Shown: positions 1-9,795 of the stretch, piece after piece
Position numbering within the stretch: the first letter of the stretch is position 1
Layout: each line of letters starts with the position of its first letter
Source: Nannocystis bainbridge
GTDB lineage: Bacteria; Myxococcota_A; Polyangia; Nannocystales; Nannocystaceae
Assembly (NCBI RefSeq): GCF_028368995.1
Contig: NZ_JAQNDL010000001.1
Coordinates: 2,240,001-2,304,000 of the forward strand
Length of the DNA: 64,000 nucleotides
Direction of reading: 5' to 3'
The notes under the pieces: generated by a model
The model's input: the letters and a program-made list of their open reading frames with translations, nothing else
The model's database searches: none
What the model was told of the DNA's origin: nothing
Made by a program: the position numbers and the translations under genes

Positions 1-1505
1 GCCAGGCTCGCCAGATCGGGCCCGACCGCCGCGCCCGGGTTCGGCGTGTAGCTGCAGGCGCCGTCGTCCTCGCAGATCACGCCGTCGGTGCCGAGGCCGT
101 CGCCCATCAGCTCCGCGTCCTTCGGGCCCGCGAGGCTGAACATCAGCGGCGCCGTCGCGGCGAGGTTGGAGCTGTCACCGCTGCAGCCCGAGCCGTCGTC
201 GGTCGCCTCGGCGAGGCCCGGGCGGCTGACCAGCGTCACCGTCTCCGCCGCCGGCGACAGCAGCTTGATCGTCAGGTCGCCCGCGTAGCCGGTGTCGATC
301 CCGACCTCGACCTCCACCCCCGCGACCACGTCGAACTCCGACGGCGGCACCATCAGCGTCGCGCAGGCCATCGTCGCCGGCGTGCCGTCGTAAGCCCCGT
401 CCGCGAGCGCCATGCCGAGGTCGACCTCGGCGAACACCTCGACCTCGGTCGCGCCGGGGCAGTCCTCCGGATCGACCACCATCTCCGGGCACAGCGGCTC
501 GAGCGCCTTCTGCAGCGCCGCCGCGTCCTTGTCGTCAGCCTCGGTCAGCGCCGCGCCGAGGTGCCCCAGCATCGCCACGAAGTCCGCCGAAGTGATCGGC
601 GCCCCGCCCAGCATCTCGTTGCTGACCCCCATGTGCGCCGGCTGCATCGCCCGACACGGCGCCGCCGCGCTCACCCCCGGCTCGACGCCCGCCGGCGCAT
701 CGACCTCGGAGCCGTAGACCGCCGGCCCGTCGACGTCCGCCAGCTGCCTCACGAGACATGTCCCAAGGCGCACGTCGTCGACCCCGGCGAAGAACCCCGA
801 CAGCGCCGCGTCGCCCGTCACGCTCGCCAGCCACGCGCCCGTCACCGCCTGCAGCCCCGGCTTGCGACCGAGGCGCTGGTACAGCGTCGCGTCGTCGCCG
901 GGATCCTCGACCACCTCGCCGGCCAGCGCCGTCAGCGAGTCGAGCAGCGCCGCCCGGTCGGCCTCGGTCAGCTCCTGGCCCGGCCCGGCCTGGTGGGCGT
1001 CGAGCGCCGTCGCCACGTCGGCCACGAAGTCGGCGAAATCGATCGCCGACACCCCGAGCCCCGCGTGGGCCGACTGCATGCCCTTGCACGTGTAGGTCGC
1101 GCCCGGGCAGCCCGCGAGCGTCGCCAGTTGGTCGACCAGGCAGCCGAGGAAGCGGCCGCCGTCGAACTCCGCGTTGAGGAAATAGGCGTTGATGCGGTCG
1201 TCGGCGACCACCTGGCCGGCGATCGCCACCGCCAGCGCCTCGGCCCCGTCCGGCCCGCCGAGGCGCGTGCAAAGCCCGTCGTCGATCGGCCCGGTGGTCG
1301 TCCCGACCGTCGGCTCGCCCGTGCTCGTCTCGCTCGTGACCGTGCCGGTGCTCGTCGTCAGCGGCGGCGTCGTCGTCGAAGCCGTGGTCTCACCGCCGGT
1401 CGTCGCCTCGCTCGAGGTCGTCGGCTGCCCGGTCGGCTGGGCCACGTCGTCGGCGCAGCCGGCGGCCAGCGCGAGTGCGAGGGCGAGCCCAGGCTTGGTC
1501 CGCAT
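1..1505 (-). CDS. Lipoprotein with two tandem group I truncated-hemoglobin-like domains and a C-terminal proprotein-convertase P-domain-like region (3' end runs off the window)
   Basis: Manual translation from ATG 1505. Lipobox MRTKPGLALALALAAGC, then a Thr-rich linker. Globin 1: LCTRLGGPDGAEA..VVADDRINAYF..YTCKGMQSAHAGLGVSAIDF. Globin 2: LYQRLGRKPGLQAV..LSGFF..MQPAHMGV. Then VEVGIDTGYAGDLTIKLLSP. Absent from the ORF track because there is no stop in the window. Confidence 0.8.
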   Translation of the reverse strand, partial: MRTKPGLALALALAAGCADDVAQPTGQPTTSSEATTGGETTASTTTPPLTTSTGTVTSETSTGEPTVGTTTGPIDDGLCTRLGGPDGAEALAVAIAGQVVADDRINAYFLNAEFDGGRFLGCLVDQLATLAGCPGATYTCKGMQSAHAGLGVSAIDFADFVADVATALDAHQAGPGQELTEADRAALLDSLTALAGEVVEDPGDDATLYQRLGRKPGLQAVTGAWLASVTGDAALSGFFAGVDDVRLGTCLVRQLADVDGPAVYGSEVDAPAGVEPGVSAAAPCRAMQPAHMGVSNEMLGGAPITSADFVAMLGHLGAALTEADDKDAAALQKALEPLCPEMVVDPEDCPGATEVEVFAEVDLGMALADGAYDGTPATMACATLMVPPSEFDVVAGVEVEVGIDTGYAGDLTIKLLSPAAETVTLVSRPGLAEATDDGSGCSGDSSNLAATAPLMFSLAGPKDAELMGDGLGTDGVICEDDGACSYTPNPGAAVGPDLASL

Positions 1506-1622
1506 CTCCGCATCTAAGCACGAAGGCCGGGCGCGCGCCGCCGGCAAACCGTTCGCGCCGGGCCCATGCGCTGCCGGACCACGCCGCACTCCCGCATCCT
1601 CCCCGACGTCGGGTCGGGCCCG

Positions 1623-2435
1623 TCAGCCGGTCGCCACCAGCAGCGGCGCCGACGCCCGCGAGCGTTCGCGGCGCATGTCGCGGAACACCAGCGCGTAGCG
1701 GGCCCGGTCGGCGTGCACCCGCAGCCACGCGTCGAGGCTCGGCTGCGCGTGCGCGTCGAGCATCTGCCGCATCGCCGCGACCACGCTCTCGTGCAGCTCG
1801 GGCGGCGTCAGCGTGCCGTCCATGTAGCGGACCAGCGCCGGCGCCCGGGCGGCGCTCTGCTCGCGCAGGCCCTGCCACTTGTCGCTCGTGAACTCGACCG
1901 ACGAGTCGCAGTGGTCGGCGGCCAGGCGCGCCATCTGGGCCCAGTCACCCTCCTCCGCGAGCCGCCGGATCTGCGCCCCGATCAGCCCGAACACCTCCGG
2001 GTGGATCGCCAGGATCTCGTGCGTCGGCTCGGCCGACAGCCACGCGTCGGGCTCCTCGACGAACACCGCCCCGACCAGGCCGGAGGCCAGCGGCAGGGCG
2101 CAGGTCAGGTGCTGCAGCCCGAACGAGATGGCCCGCCAGCGGTCGCGGATCTCGTGCTGCCACAGCGTGTTGACCAGCGGCGCCAGCTGATCGGGCGCGG
2201 CCATCATCCGCGCCACTCGCCGCTGCGGGCTCCCGATCGTCGGTCGGTAGGCCTCGAGCACGCGCGGCTGGGTGAACAGCAGGCGCCACTCACCGCTCAG
2301 CAGCTCGACGCGACGAAAGTCGCGGCCGATCAGGTCCAGGACCTGATCGCGGCTGGCCGTGGCCAGCTGGTGCAGCAGAACGTCCTCGATGTCGAGGTAG
2401 CGCTCGCTGCGTATGAGGTACGCGTGGCAGCGCAA
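1623..2435 (-). CDS. Hypothetical protein
   Basis: The C-terminal ~270 aa of ORF 1623..2816 has normal protein composition. TTG 2435 is a plausible start, but the start is uncertain. Confidence 0.7.
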   Translation of the reverse strand: MRCHAYLIRSERYLDIEDVLLHQLATASRDQVLDLIGRDFRRVELLSGEWRLLFTQPRVLEAYRPTIGSPQRRVARMMAAPDQLAPLVNTLWQHEIRDRWRAISFGLQHLTCALPLASGLVGAVFVEEPDAWLSAEPTHEILAIHPEVFGLIGAQIRRLAEEGDWAQMARLAADHCDSSVEFTSDKWQGLREQSAARAPALVRYMDGTLTPPELHESVVAAMRQMLDAHAQPSLDAWLRVHADRARYALVFRDMRRERSRASAPLLVATG

Positions 2436-2692
2436 GGCGCAGACGCTACCAGATTTGCCGCCCGACCTCAGCAGGAGACCCCGACCGGTCGAGAAAACTC
2501 CGGCCGCGGCCCGGTCGCTCGCCGTGGTTTTGCCGCCGAACGCCGCCACCGGCCTCGCAGCGGCCTTACGGGCCCGCGGGGACTCGAGCCCTCGCGCCTC
2601 GCTCCGGCCGCCATTCCACGGATCCGGCCGGTCAAAACGAGCCCGGGAGATCGCACATCCGCGCATCACCCCCCACCGCGGCGGCGCCGCCC

Positions 2693-2970
2693 CGCCTGTC
2701 CGAACGGACATGCCCCGAACCCGCGGCCGCCACACTCGTGCAATGGGACACACGTCCCGCGAGACATGGGCTCGCCCGCGCGGCCTCGTGCATCTTGCTC
2801 TCGGGACATGTCCCATTCGCCATGTTTTTTAAGACTTCCGCAGCATCGACGACATGTCCTTCACGACATGTCCATTCTGCCATCTGACCGCACTCCTGCC
2901 TCGTGCCGCCCCGCGACGCGACCCCGGAGCGCACCGCCTGTCCCGAGGCACATGTCCCAAACGCCAGATC
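2693..2970. repeat. Degenerate 14-bp-phased array of TGTC-N6-GACA palindromes (GACATGTC-like junctions)
   Basis: Junction octamers lie at 2693, 2707, 2749, 2763, 2805 and 2819 (one register mod 14) and at 2851, 2865, 2879, 2935, 2949 and 2963 (a second register). Exact palindromes are at 2697-2710 and 2855-2868. Confidence 0.8.
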
Positions 2971-3202
2971 CCCGGGCCCGCCGGCGCGCTCGCGCGCGAT
3001 CGTTCGCCGCGACACCGTGCAGCCGGCGGCACCGGGGCGAAAAGTCACTCCTCCCCGCCCCTGCCCCGCGAGCCGCCGCCACGCCCCTCTGCGGGCCTCC
3101 GTGACAATTTGCGCGGAATCGCGCGGCGAGGGCCCGTGCGTACCCGGGAGCACCCGGGCCCGCGTCGGGGGCGGCCCCGCGATATCCTCCGCTCCTCGCC
3201 AC

Positions 3203-4891
3203 ATGATCCAGCTCCACTCCGATCCCGCCATCGCCGAGCAGCAGATCGAGGCCCTGATCTTCTACCTCACGACCCTCGGCTACATCGACACCGAGTTCGA
3301 CATCCGCGAGAAGGCGTTCGTGCGGGCCTTCCTGCGCGAGCTGGTGACGGCGCGCATCGACGAGGGCGGCCCGCTCGACGCCGAGCTGCGGTTCGAGCGG
3401 ATCGAGAACCAGCACGAGCACTACCTCCAGCGGTTCCAGGAGATCGATCGCGAGATCAAGAGCCTGCTGACCGAGGCCGTCGCCGACGGCGAGGACCCGC
3501 AGCGGTTCGTCGTCTCGCAGCTCAAGCTGCGCTGCTTCGAGATGTTCCAGGGGCTCGACGAGGCGGGCCGGCAGCACCTGCTCGAGGTCGTCGACCGCTT
3601 CATCGAGGCCGACGGCCAGGTCCACCCGGACGAGGCCTCGTTCCGCAACGACCTCGCCGAGCTGCTCGGCGCCGAGCTGATCCTCGACGACAGCGCGCTC
3701 GAGAGCGTCAGCATCGAAGTCAAGGACCCGATCCAGCTGAGCGTGCCGGCGCAGGACAACCACCCGTTCTTCGCCAAGTTCGAGTACCACTACTCCGCCG
3801 ACCCGAGTCAGCTGCAGCGGCAGTTCGCCGTCGACCTCGCGCTGCTCGACAAGGTCGAGGAGAAGTGGGAGGAGTACCGCGTCCGCGGCCGCGGCCGGCT
3901 CGAGGGTCACGCCAGCGTGGCCGACTTCGCCGGAGGCGACGAGTTCCTCGACGAGCACGTCTACGTCCTCCCGGCCAAACCCGGCCGCCACTACGAGCTC
4001 ATCGTGCTCGGCGACCTGCACGGCTGCTACTCGTGCCTCAAGGCCGCCGTCCACCAGAGCAACTTCTTCGAGAAGGTCCGCCGCTTCAAGGCCGACCCCG
4101 AAAACAACCCCGACGTCCGCCTGGTCCTGCTCGGCGACTACATCGACCGCGGACGCTTCAGCTACAACGGCGTCCTGCGCACGATCTTGAACCTGTTCCT
4201 CGCCGCACCCGACCACGTGTTCGTGCTGCGCGGCAACCACGAGTACTACATCGAGTACCAGGGCAAGGTGTACGGCGGCGTGCGCCCGGCCGAGGCGATC
4301 AACACCCTCACCCCGCACCTCGGCGCCGACGTGTTCGGCCGCTTCCTCGACTTCTTCGACGCCATGCCGAACATGCTGCTGTTCGACCAGATGCTGTTCG
4401 TGCACGCCGGCATCCCGCGTGACAGCCTGGTGGCCGAGAAGTGGACCGACCTGGCGTCGCTGAACCGCGAGGACATTCGCTTCCAGATGCTGTGGAGCGA
4501 CCCGAGCAGGGCCGACATGGTCCCCGACGAGCTGCAAAAGGCCTCCGCCCGGTTCGCCTTCGGCCGCCTGCAGTTCCGCAAGTTCATGCAGCGGATCGGC
4601 TGCAACGTGCTGGTGCGCGGCCACGAGAAGGTCAACGCCGGCTTCAAGAACCACTACGGCGACGCCGACATCCGCCTGTTCACCCTGTTCTCCGCCGGCG
4701 GCGTCAACAACGACGACCTGCCGCAGGACAGCAACTACCGCGACGTCCGGCCGATGGCGCTCACCGTCACCAGCAAGGACGGCCTCGTCGAGGCCGTCCC
4801 GTGGGCCATCGACTACGACCGCTACCAGGACCCGCAGCGCAACAACTTCTTCAGCAGCGCCCCCGAGATCGACATCACCCCGCACGGGTGA
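3203..4891 (+). CDS. TerB-like domain fused to a PPP-family (calcineurin-like) Ser/Thr protein phosphatase
   Basis: PPP motifs GDLHG, GDYIDRG, RGNHE, VHAG and VRGHE. N-terminal GYIDTEFDIRE and ADGQVHPDE resemble the two TerB acidic motifs. Confidence 0.8.
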   Translation: MIQLHSDPAIAEQQIEALIFYLTTLGYIDTEFDIREKAFVRAFLRELVTARIDEGGPLDAELRFERIENQHEHYLQRFQEIDREIKSLLTEAVADGEDPQRFVVSQLKLRCFEMFQGLDEAGRQHLLEVVDRFIEADGQVHPDEASFRNDLAELLGAELILDDSALESVSIEVKDPIQLSVPAQDNHPFFAKFEYHYSADPSQLQRQFAVDLALLDKVEEKWEEYRVRGRGRLEGHASVADFAGGDEFLDEHVYVLPAKPGRHYELIVLGDLHGCYSCLKAAVHQSNFFEKVRRFKADPENNPDVRLVLLGDYIDRGRFSYNGVLRTILNLFLAAPDHVFVLRGNHEYYIEYQGKVYGGVRPAEAINTLTPHLGADVFGRFLDFFDAMPNMLLFDQMLFVHAGIPRDSLVAEKWTDLASLNREDIRFQMLWSDPSRADMVPDELQKASARFAFGRLQFRKFMQRIGCNVLVRGHEKVNAGFKNHYGDADIRLFTLFSAGGVNNDDLPQDSNYRDVRPMALTVTSKDGLVEAVPWAIDYDRYQDPQRNNFFSSAPEIDITPHG

Positions 4892-4895
4892 GCGG

Positions 4896-5663
4896 TCACG
4901 GGCCGGTGACCGTGTCGCCGGCGCAGTTGATCGTGACCTCGAGCGGCAGGTCGTTCGGGTCGTCGACGCGGACCGCCGCGAACGTCGACCCGTCGAGGGA
5001 CGACATGAGCGGGCTCAGCAGGTCGCCCGTGATCGCCCCGCAGTAAAAATCGTCTGTGAAGACGGCGCTGGTCATGGTGAGCGCGGCGACGATGTCGCCC
5101 CCGGTGATCGGGTTGGCCGCGCCGGAGACGAACACCTCGCCGAGGTCGAGCACGAACACCCCGTCCTCGACCACGACCGCCTCGAACACCAGCGCCTCGC
5201 CGACCGGCGTGCGCGGCTTCGTCACCTGGCCCTGATCCAGCGCCAGCGGCTGCAGCTCGGTGCGCAGCAGCAGCTGGCCGCCCTGACCGGTCCAGGTGTT
5301 GGAGGCGAGGAACTGGACCGGCAGCTCGGGAGAGATGATGGTCGACACCGCCAGCAAGTACCGCCCCGACTGCTCCGGCAGGTCGTCCGTGGTCGTGTCC
5401 GGGAGCGTCGGGTCGCCGGTGTCGAGCGCCGTCGTCGAGGTCGGCAGCGAAGTCGTCGAGGTCGAGGTCGAGGTCGTGCCCGGAGCGGGCGGCGGATCCA
5501 CGGGCGGATCCACGGGCGGATCCACGGTCGACCCACCGGTCGACCCGCTCGCCTCGCCGGTGCCGCCCAGCGTCGCGCTGTCGAGCGGGTCGCGGTCGGT
5601 GCAGGCAGAGGTCGCTATCACCAGGGAGATCAGGGCGCACAGGCGCGGCGCAAGCAAAGCCAT
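4896..5663 (-). CDS. Hypothetical lipoprotein with Thr/Pro-rich linker
   Basis: Signal/lipobox MALLAPRLCALISLVIATSAC, a low-complexity linker and a beta-rich C-terminal domain. Confidence 0.75.
   Translation of the reverse strand: MALLAPRLCALISLVIATSACTDRDPLDSATLGGTGEASGSTGGSTVDPPVDPPVDPPPAPGTTSTSTSTTSLPTSTTALDTGDPTLPDTTTDDLPEQSGRYLLAVSTIISPELPVQFLASNTWTGQGGQLLLRTELQPLALDQGQVTKPRTPVGEALVFEAVVVEDGVFVLDLGEVFVSGAANPITGGDIVAALTMTSAVFTDDFYCGAITGDLLSPLMSSLDGSTFAAVRVDDPNDLPLEVTINCAGDTVTGP
5491..5526. repeat. 12-bp tandem repeat x3 (encodes VDPP repeats)
   Basis: GGCGGATCCACG x3 inside the lipoprotein linker. Confidence 0.85.
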
Positions 5664-6251
5664 GTCTGCGGCAATATCAACAAGGGCGGCCGCGCGCAAG
5701 CGATCGCCCGCGCCGCCCCCCGCAGCGCCGCCTCCGCGCCGGCCGAGACGTGGTCGCCCGCTGGTCTTCGACATGTCTCTCGGACCAGATCACGTCCGCG
5801 CCGTCCATCGGCCCCCGGGTCGGGCATCGCAGCCCCGCGACTGGCACGAATCCCCGGCCCGAAATCATGGCCCGCCCACTCCTTCGATTCGCCCGGGCCC
5901 GCCCGCGAGCCGGGCGCCCTCGGGCGCCCACGGGCGACCTCGTGGCGGCCGACGGGCGCCGCGAGTCGGCTCGCCCGGGTCGCCGTTCCTCGCCCGAACC
6001 GGCAAAGATCACCGCTCGCCGTTCGCCGAGAATGCGCGGACCTGCCGTCGCCGGCGAATCATCATACCGGTGACGTGCGACACCCGTCACCCGGCTGCAT
6101 ACGCAATGGACACCGACCTTATGGCGGTGTTCGGCCCACACCTCGGCGGGCCGACGACCCCACGCGGGGTTACCCGTGTTCCTGTGTCCAGAGCCGTTTC
6201 CGACCCGTAGCTTGCGTATCTTCGCATTCCGATCCTAGCCTTGGGTCGTCG

Positions 6252-8720
6252 GTGCTGCTGTCCACGACGAACGCAGACTCCTCCCCCGACATCACCGACC
6301 CCAGTGAGGTCGTGAGGATCGGGCGGTACGTCGTGCTCGGCCGCGAAGGCGCCGGCGCGATGGGGGTGGTGTATCGCGCCTACGACGAGGCGCTCGACCG
6401 CAAGGTCGCGCTCAAGCTGCTGCGCGCCCCGGGGGCCGATCACAGCCAGGCGCGGGCTCGACTGCTGCGCGAGGCCAAGGCGCTGGCCCAGCTGTCGCAT
6501 CCCAACGTGGTCCAGGTCTACGACGTCGGCGAGTGGGGCGGCCTCGACTTCATCGCCCTCGAGTTCGTGCAGGGCCAGACGCTGCGCGCGTGGCAGTCGG
6601 AGCAGACGCGGAGCTGGCCGGAGATCCTTCAAGTGTTCGCGCAGGCGGGCCGCGGGCTGGCGGCGGCCCACGCGGCGGGCATGGTGCACCGCGACTTCAA
6701 GCCGGAGAACGTGCTGATCGACGGCCAGGGCCGGGTGTTCGTCGCCGACTTCGGCCTGGCGCGCTCGGTCGATTCGCCGCTGCCGGAGCAGTCGGTGGCG
6801 TCGCGCTCGAGCACCTCGCTGGCTCGCCTGACGGCGATGGGCTCGCTGGTCGGCACGCCCAAGTACATGGCGCCGGAGCAGTTCATGCGCATCCCGGCCG
6901 ACGCGCGCAGCGACCAGTTCGCGTTCTGCGTCGCCCTCTACGAGGCGCTGTTCGATCGGCGACCGTTCGTCGGCGAGACCGTCGACGACCTGCGCCACAG
7001 CGTCCTGCTCGGCAAGGTGCTGCCGCCGCCGGTGCTGACGATGGTGCCGCAGTGGTTGCAGGACCTGACGATGCGCGGCCTGGCCCGCGACCCGACCCGC
7101 CGCTTCCCTTCGATGGACGCGCTCCTCGCCGAGCTCGACCGCGTGCGCGGGCGCAGGCGCCTGATCGCCGCCGGCGTGCTCGCCCTCGGCCTCGGCGCCG
7201 CCTTCGCGTTCACGCGGACCGCCCCCGTGTGCCAGGGCAGCGACGACAAGCTCGCCGGCGTGTGGGACGAACGCCGCAGCCTCGCGCTGCACGAGGCCTT
7301 CCTCGCCACCGAGCTCCCGTTCGCCGCCCGGACCTCGAACCTGGCCCGCGAGGCGCTCGACGAATACGCCCGCGACTGGAAGACCACGCACAAGGAGGCG
7401 TGCCTGGAGCACCACCGCGGCGAGCAGTCGGACGCGGTGCTCGACCTGCGCATGACGTGCCTGCAGCGGCGGCTGACCGAGCTGGGCGCGCGCGTCGACG
7501 TGCTGGCCGAGGCCGAGGGCTCGACGGTGATCCACGCCGTCGACGCGGTCCGCTCGCTGACCCCGGTGACCGTCTGCAACGACCCGGCCCAGCTCTCCGA
7601 CGAGTGGCAGCGGATCGACGGCCTGCGCGCGCCGACCGAGGCGGCGCGGGTGCAGACGCTGCGCCTCAAGCTGGCCCACATCGTCGCCCTCGGGCGCGCC
7701 GGCCAGCTCCCGCGCGGCCTGGCCCTCGCCGAGGAGGCGGTGCGCGACGCCCAGGCGCTCGACCACCGCACCCTGCTGGCCGAGGCCCAACTGCAGCGGG
7801 GCTCGCTGCTGGCCGAATCGAGCGACGTCCTGGCGGCCGAGTCCGAGCTGCGGCGCGCCATCGTCACCGCCACCCGCAGCGACCACGAGGAGGTGCTGGC
7901 GCGGGCGATGGTCAAGGAGGTGTTCGTATTGGCCCACGCCGCCGACTCGTTCGCGGCCGCCGACCGCATGGCCGAACAGGCCGGCGCCCTGCTCGACCGG
8001 ATCGCCCCGCGCAGCCGCCTCGTCGGCGAGCTGCGCAACAACCTGGCCGTCTTGCGGTTTCAGCAAGGCCGCCGCGACGAGTCCGAGGCGCTCCATCAGG
8101 AGAACCTTCAGTTTCGCCGGGCGATCCTCCCGACCCACGATCCCGAGATCGCCATGACCCTCTGCAACCTCGGGGTCGACCTGCAGGAGCGGCGCCGCTT
8201 CGCCGAGGCCGCGGCGCTCCTCCGCGAATCGATGGACGTCTTCAGCGACGCCGTCGGCGAGCAGCACCCCTACACCTTGCAGTCGCTGGCCAACCTCGCG
8301 CTCGTGCAATTCGACAGCGGCGAATACGAGCTGGCCGCCGAGTCGCTGGCCGACTCGCTCGACGCCTGGATCGCCATCGTCGGCCTCGACAACCCCAGCA
8401 CCGCCGAGCCGCAATGCGTGGCCGGGCTGCTCGCCATCCGCGGCGGCGACGTCGTCGGCGGCCTCGGCAAGCTGCGACAAGCCCGCGAGCTGGGCGAGCG
8501 GCGCGGCCACTCGGCGGCCCGCTACCGCACCCGCCTGTCGCTCGCGCAGGCGCTGTGGGACCACGCGCCCGAGGAGCGCTCGTGGGCGCTCGTGCTGGCC
8601 CACGCGGCCGAGCACGACGCGATCGTGCTGGGCGACGCGCACCGGCGCCACGTCGCCCGCGAGTGGCTGGCCACGCGCGCGCACGGCGGGGCGACCGAGC
8701 CGAAGCTCTCCGCCCGTTAG
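6252..8720 (+). CDS. Hanks-type Ser/Thr protein kinase with TM segment and TPR repeats
   Basis: Kinase motifs GAGAMGVV, VALK, HRDFKPEN, DFG and GTPKYMAPE, then a hydrophobic segment and TPR-like repeats (LRNNLA, TLCNLG, SLANLA). Start approximate. Confidence 0.92.
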   Translation: MLLSTTNADSSPDITDPSEVVRIGRYVVLGREGAGAMGVVYRAYDEALDRKVALKLLRAPGADHSQARARLLREAKALAQLSHPNVVQVYDVGEWGGLDFIALEFVQGQTLRAWQSEQTRSWPEILQVFAQAGRGLAAAHAAGMVHRDFKPENVLIDGQGRVFVADFGLARSVDSPLPEQSVASRSSTSLARLTAMGSLVGTPKYMAPEQFMRIPADARSDQFAFCVALYEALFDRRPFVGETVDDLRHSVLLGKVLPPPVLTMVPQWLQDLTMRGLARDPTRRFPSMDALLAELDRVRGRRRLIAAGVLALGLGAAFAFTRTAPVCQGSDDKLAGVWDERRSLALHEAFLATELPFAARTSNLAREALDEYARDWKTTHKEACLEHHRGEQSDAVLDLRMTCLQRRLTELGARVDVLAEAEGSTVIHAVDAVRSLTPVTVCNDPAQLSDEWQRIDGLRAPTEAARVQTLRLKLAHIVALGRAGQLPRGLALAEEAVRDAQALDHRTLLAEAQLQRGSLLAESSDVLAAESELRRAIVTATRSDHEEVLARAMVKEVFVLAHAADSFAAADRMAEQAGALLDRIAPRSRLVGELRNNLAVLRFQQGRRDESEALHQENLQFRRAILPTHDPEIAMTLCNLGVDLQERRRFAEAAALLRESMDVFSDAVGEQHPYTLQSLANLALVQFDSGEYELAAESLADSLDAWIAIVGLDNPSTAEPQCVAGLLAIRGGDVVGGLGKLRQARELGERRGHSAARYRTRLSLAQALWDHAPEERSWALVLAHAAEHDAIVLGDAHRRHVAREWLATRAHGGATEPKLSAR

Positions 8721-8817
8721 TCGACCGCGCGACTCTCGGTATTTCCTCTACGTATTTCCCCGAATGTGGGCAGGCGACCGCGAGCCGGCGCACCGGCTCG
8801 CGACGACATGTCGGCGC

Positions 8818-9795
8818 TCAACTCGGCGCGGCCTGAGACTTCAGCAGCCCGTGCACGCCGGGCGCGTCACAGGTGGGCAGCACACCGCGGCCGGCGGCCT
8901 GGCACTCGGCGACCACCGCGGCGCGCGAATGGGTCAGCTTGCGCGGCTGATTGAGGCACACCGCCCCGTGCGGCCCCCACTCGGCCTCGACCGCCCAATC
9001 CGTCTCCGGCTCGAGGATCGCCGGCGACAGCCGGTCCGACACGTCGATCGGCGTGCCGTTCTCCGTGTGGGCGACGTTGGTGCCGCAGTAGTCGGCGCGG
9101 ACCATGCGAGTACAGGCGCGATAGTGGTCGGCGAGCGATATCCCGCCGTGCTTCGCCCACATACGGTAACCCCATTCTAGGCACTTGGCCGAGGCCGTCC
9201 CGCGACAGGCGAACGCCAATTCGCCGTGCTCGCCCGGCAGCCAGTCGGCGGTGGCCGTATCGAAGTATCCCGGCACCACGATCGCCGAAGTCGGCTCGCC
9301 CTCGCCGTCGGTGCACACGGACTCCCACTTACCGTCATTCATGCGGAAGTCGATGTCCGTAAAATAAATATCAGGTCGGTCCGCGCTCTGCGTCACCGCC
9401 ACGATCTTGAGCTGCACATCGACGAGCTCCTTGCCGCCGTCGTCGGCCAGCCAGTGCAGTCGCGCGCCCTCGAGGGCCTCGCCGCGGTACAGCACCCCCT
9501 TGTTGCCGACCGCCTGCAGCTCGCTCGTGCCCGGCACCAGCGACCAGCCGGTCAGCGACGACTTGGCCGCCCCCTGACCGATGCTCGCGCCGACCAGCTT
9601 CACGCCGTTGAACCAGGTCCCGTTGAAACGGGTTCCATTGAATCGAGTCCCGTTCAGCTCGACCCCGTTGTCGTGGAGCGCCCGCAGCCGCGTCTCCTCG
9701 CCCCCGCCGACGTCCTCGAACGCGACGTCTTCGCAGCCACCACCACAAACGGTCATCACGACCGTCATCGCTTGTATATGCCGATACATCCGCAT
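8818..9795 (-). CDS. ADYC-domain secreted protein/lipoprotein with NGxxF/L pentapeptide repeats
   Basis: ACTRMVRADYCG signature, KCLEWGY, and NGVEL-NGTRF-NGTRF-NGTWF-NGVKL. Confidence 0.85.
   Translation of the reverse strand: MRMYRHIQAMTVVMTVCGGGCEDVAFEDVGGGEETRLRALHDNGVELNGTRFNGTRFNGTWFNGVKLVGASIGQGAAKSSLTGWSLVPGTSELQAVGNKGVLYRGEALEGARLHWLADDGGKELVDVQLKIVAVTQSADRPDIYFTDIDFRMNDGKWESVCTDGEGEPTSAIVVPGYFDTATADWLPGEHGELAFACRGTASAKCLEWGYRMWAKHGGISLADHYRACTRMVRADYCGTNVAHTENGTPIDVSDRLSPAILEPETDWAVEAEWGPHGAVCLNQPRKLTHSRAAVVAECQAAGRGVLPTCDAPGVHGLLKSQAAPS

Noticed and set aside
2805-2872. Resemblance of GGACATGTCC to the eukaryotic p53 half-site RRRCWWGYYY
   Set aside because: The context is clearly bacterial and the similarity is treated as coincidental. 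The unit is better described as abutting TGTC-N6-GACA palindromes.
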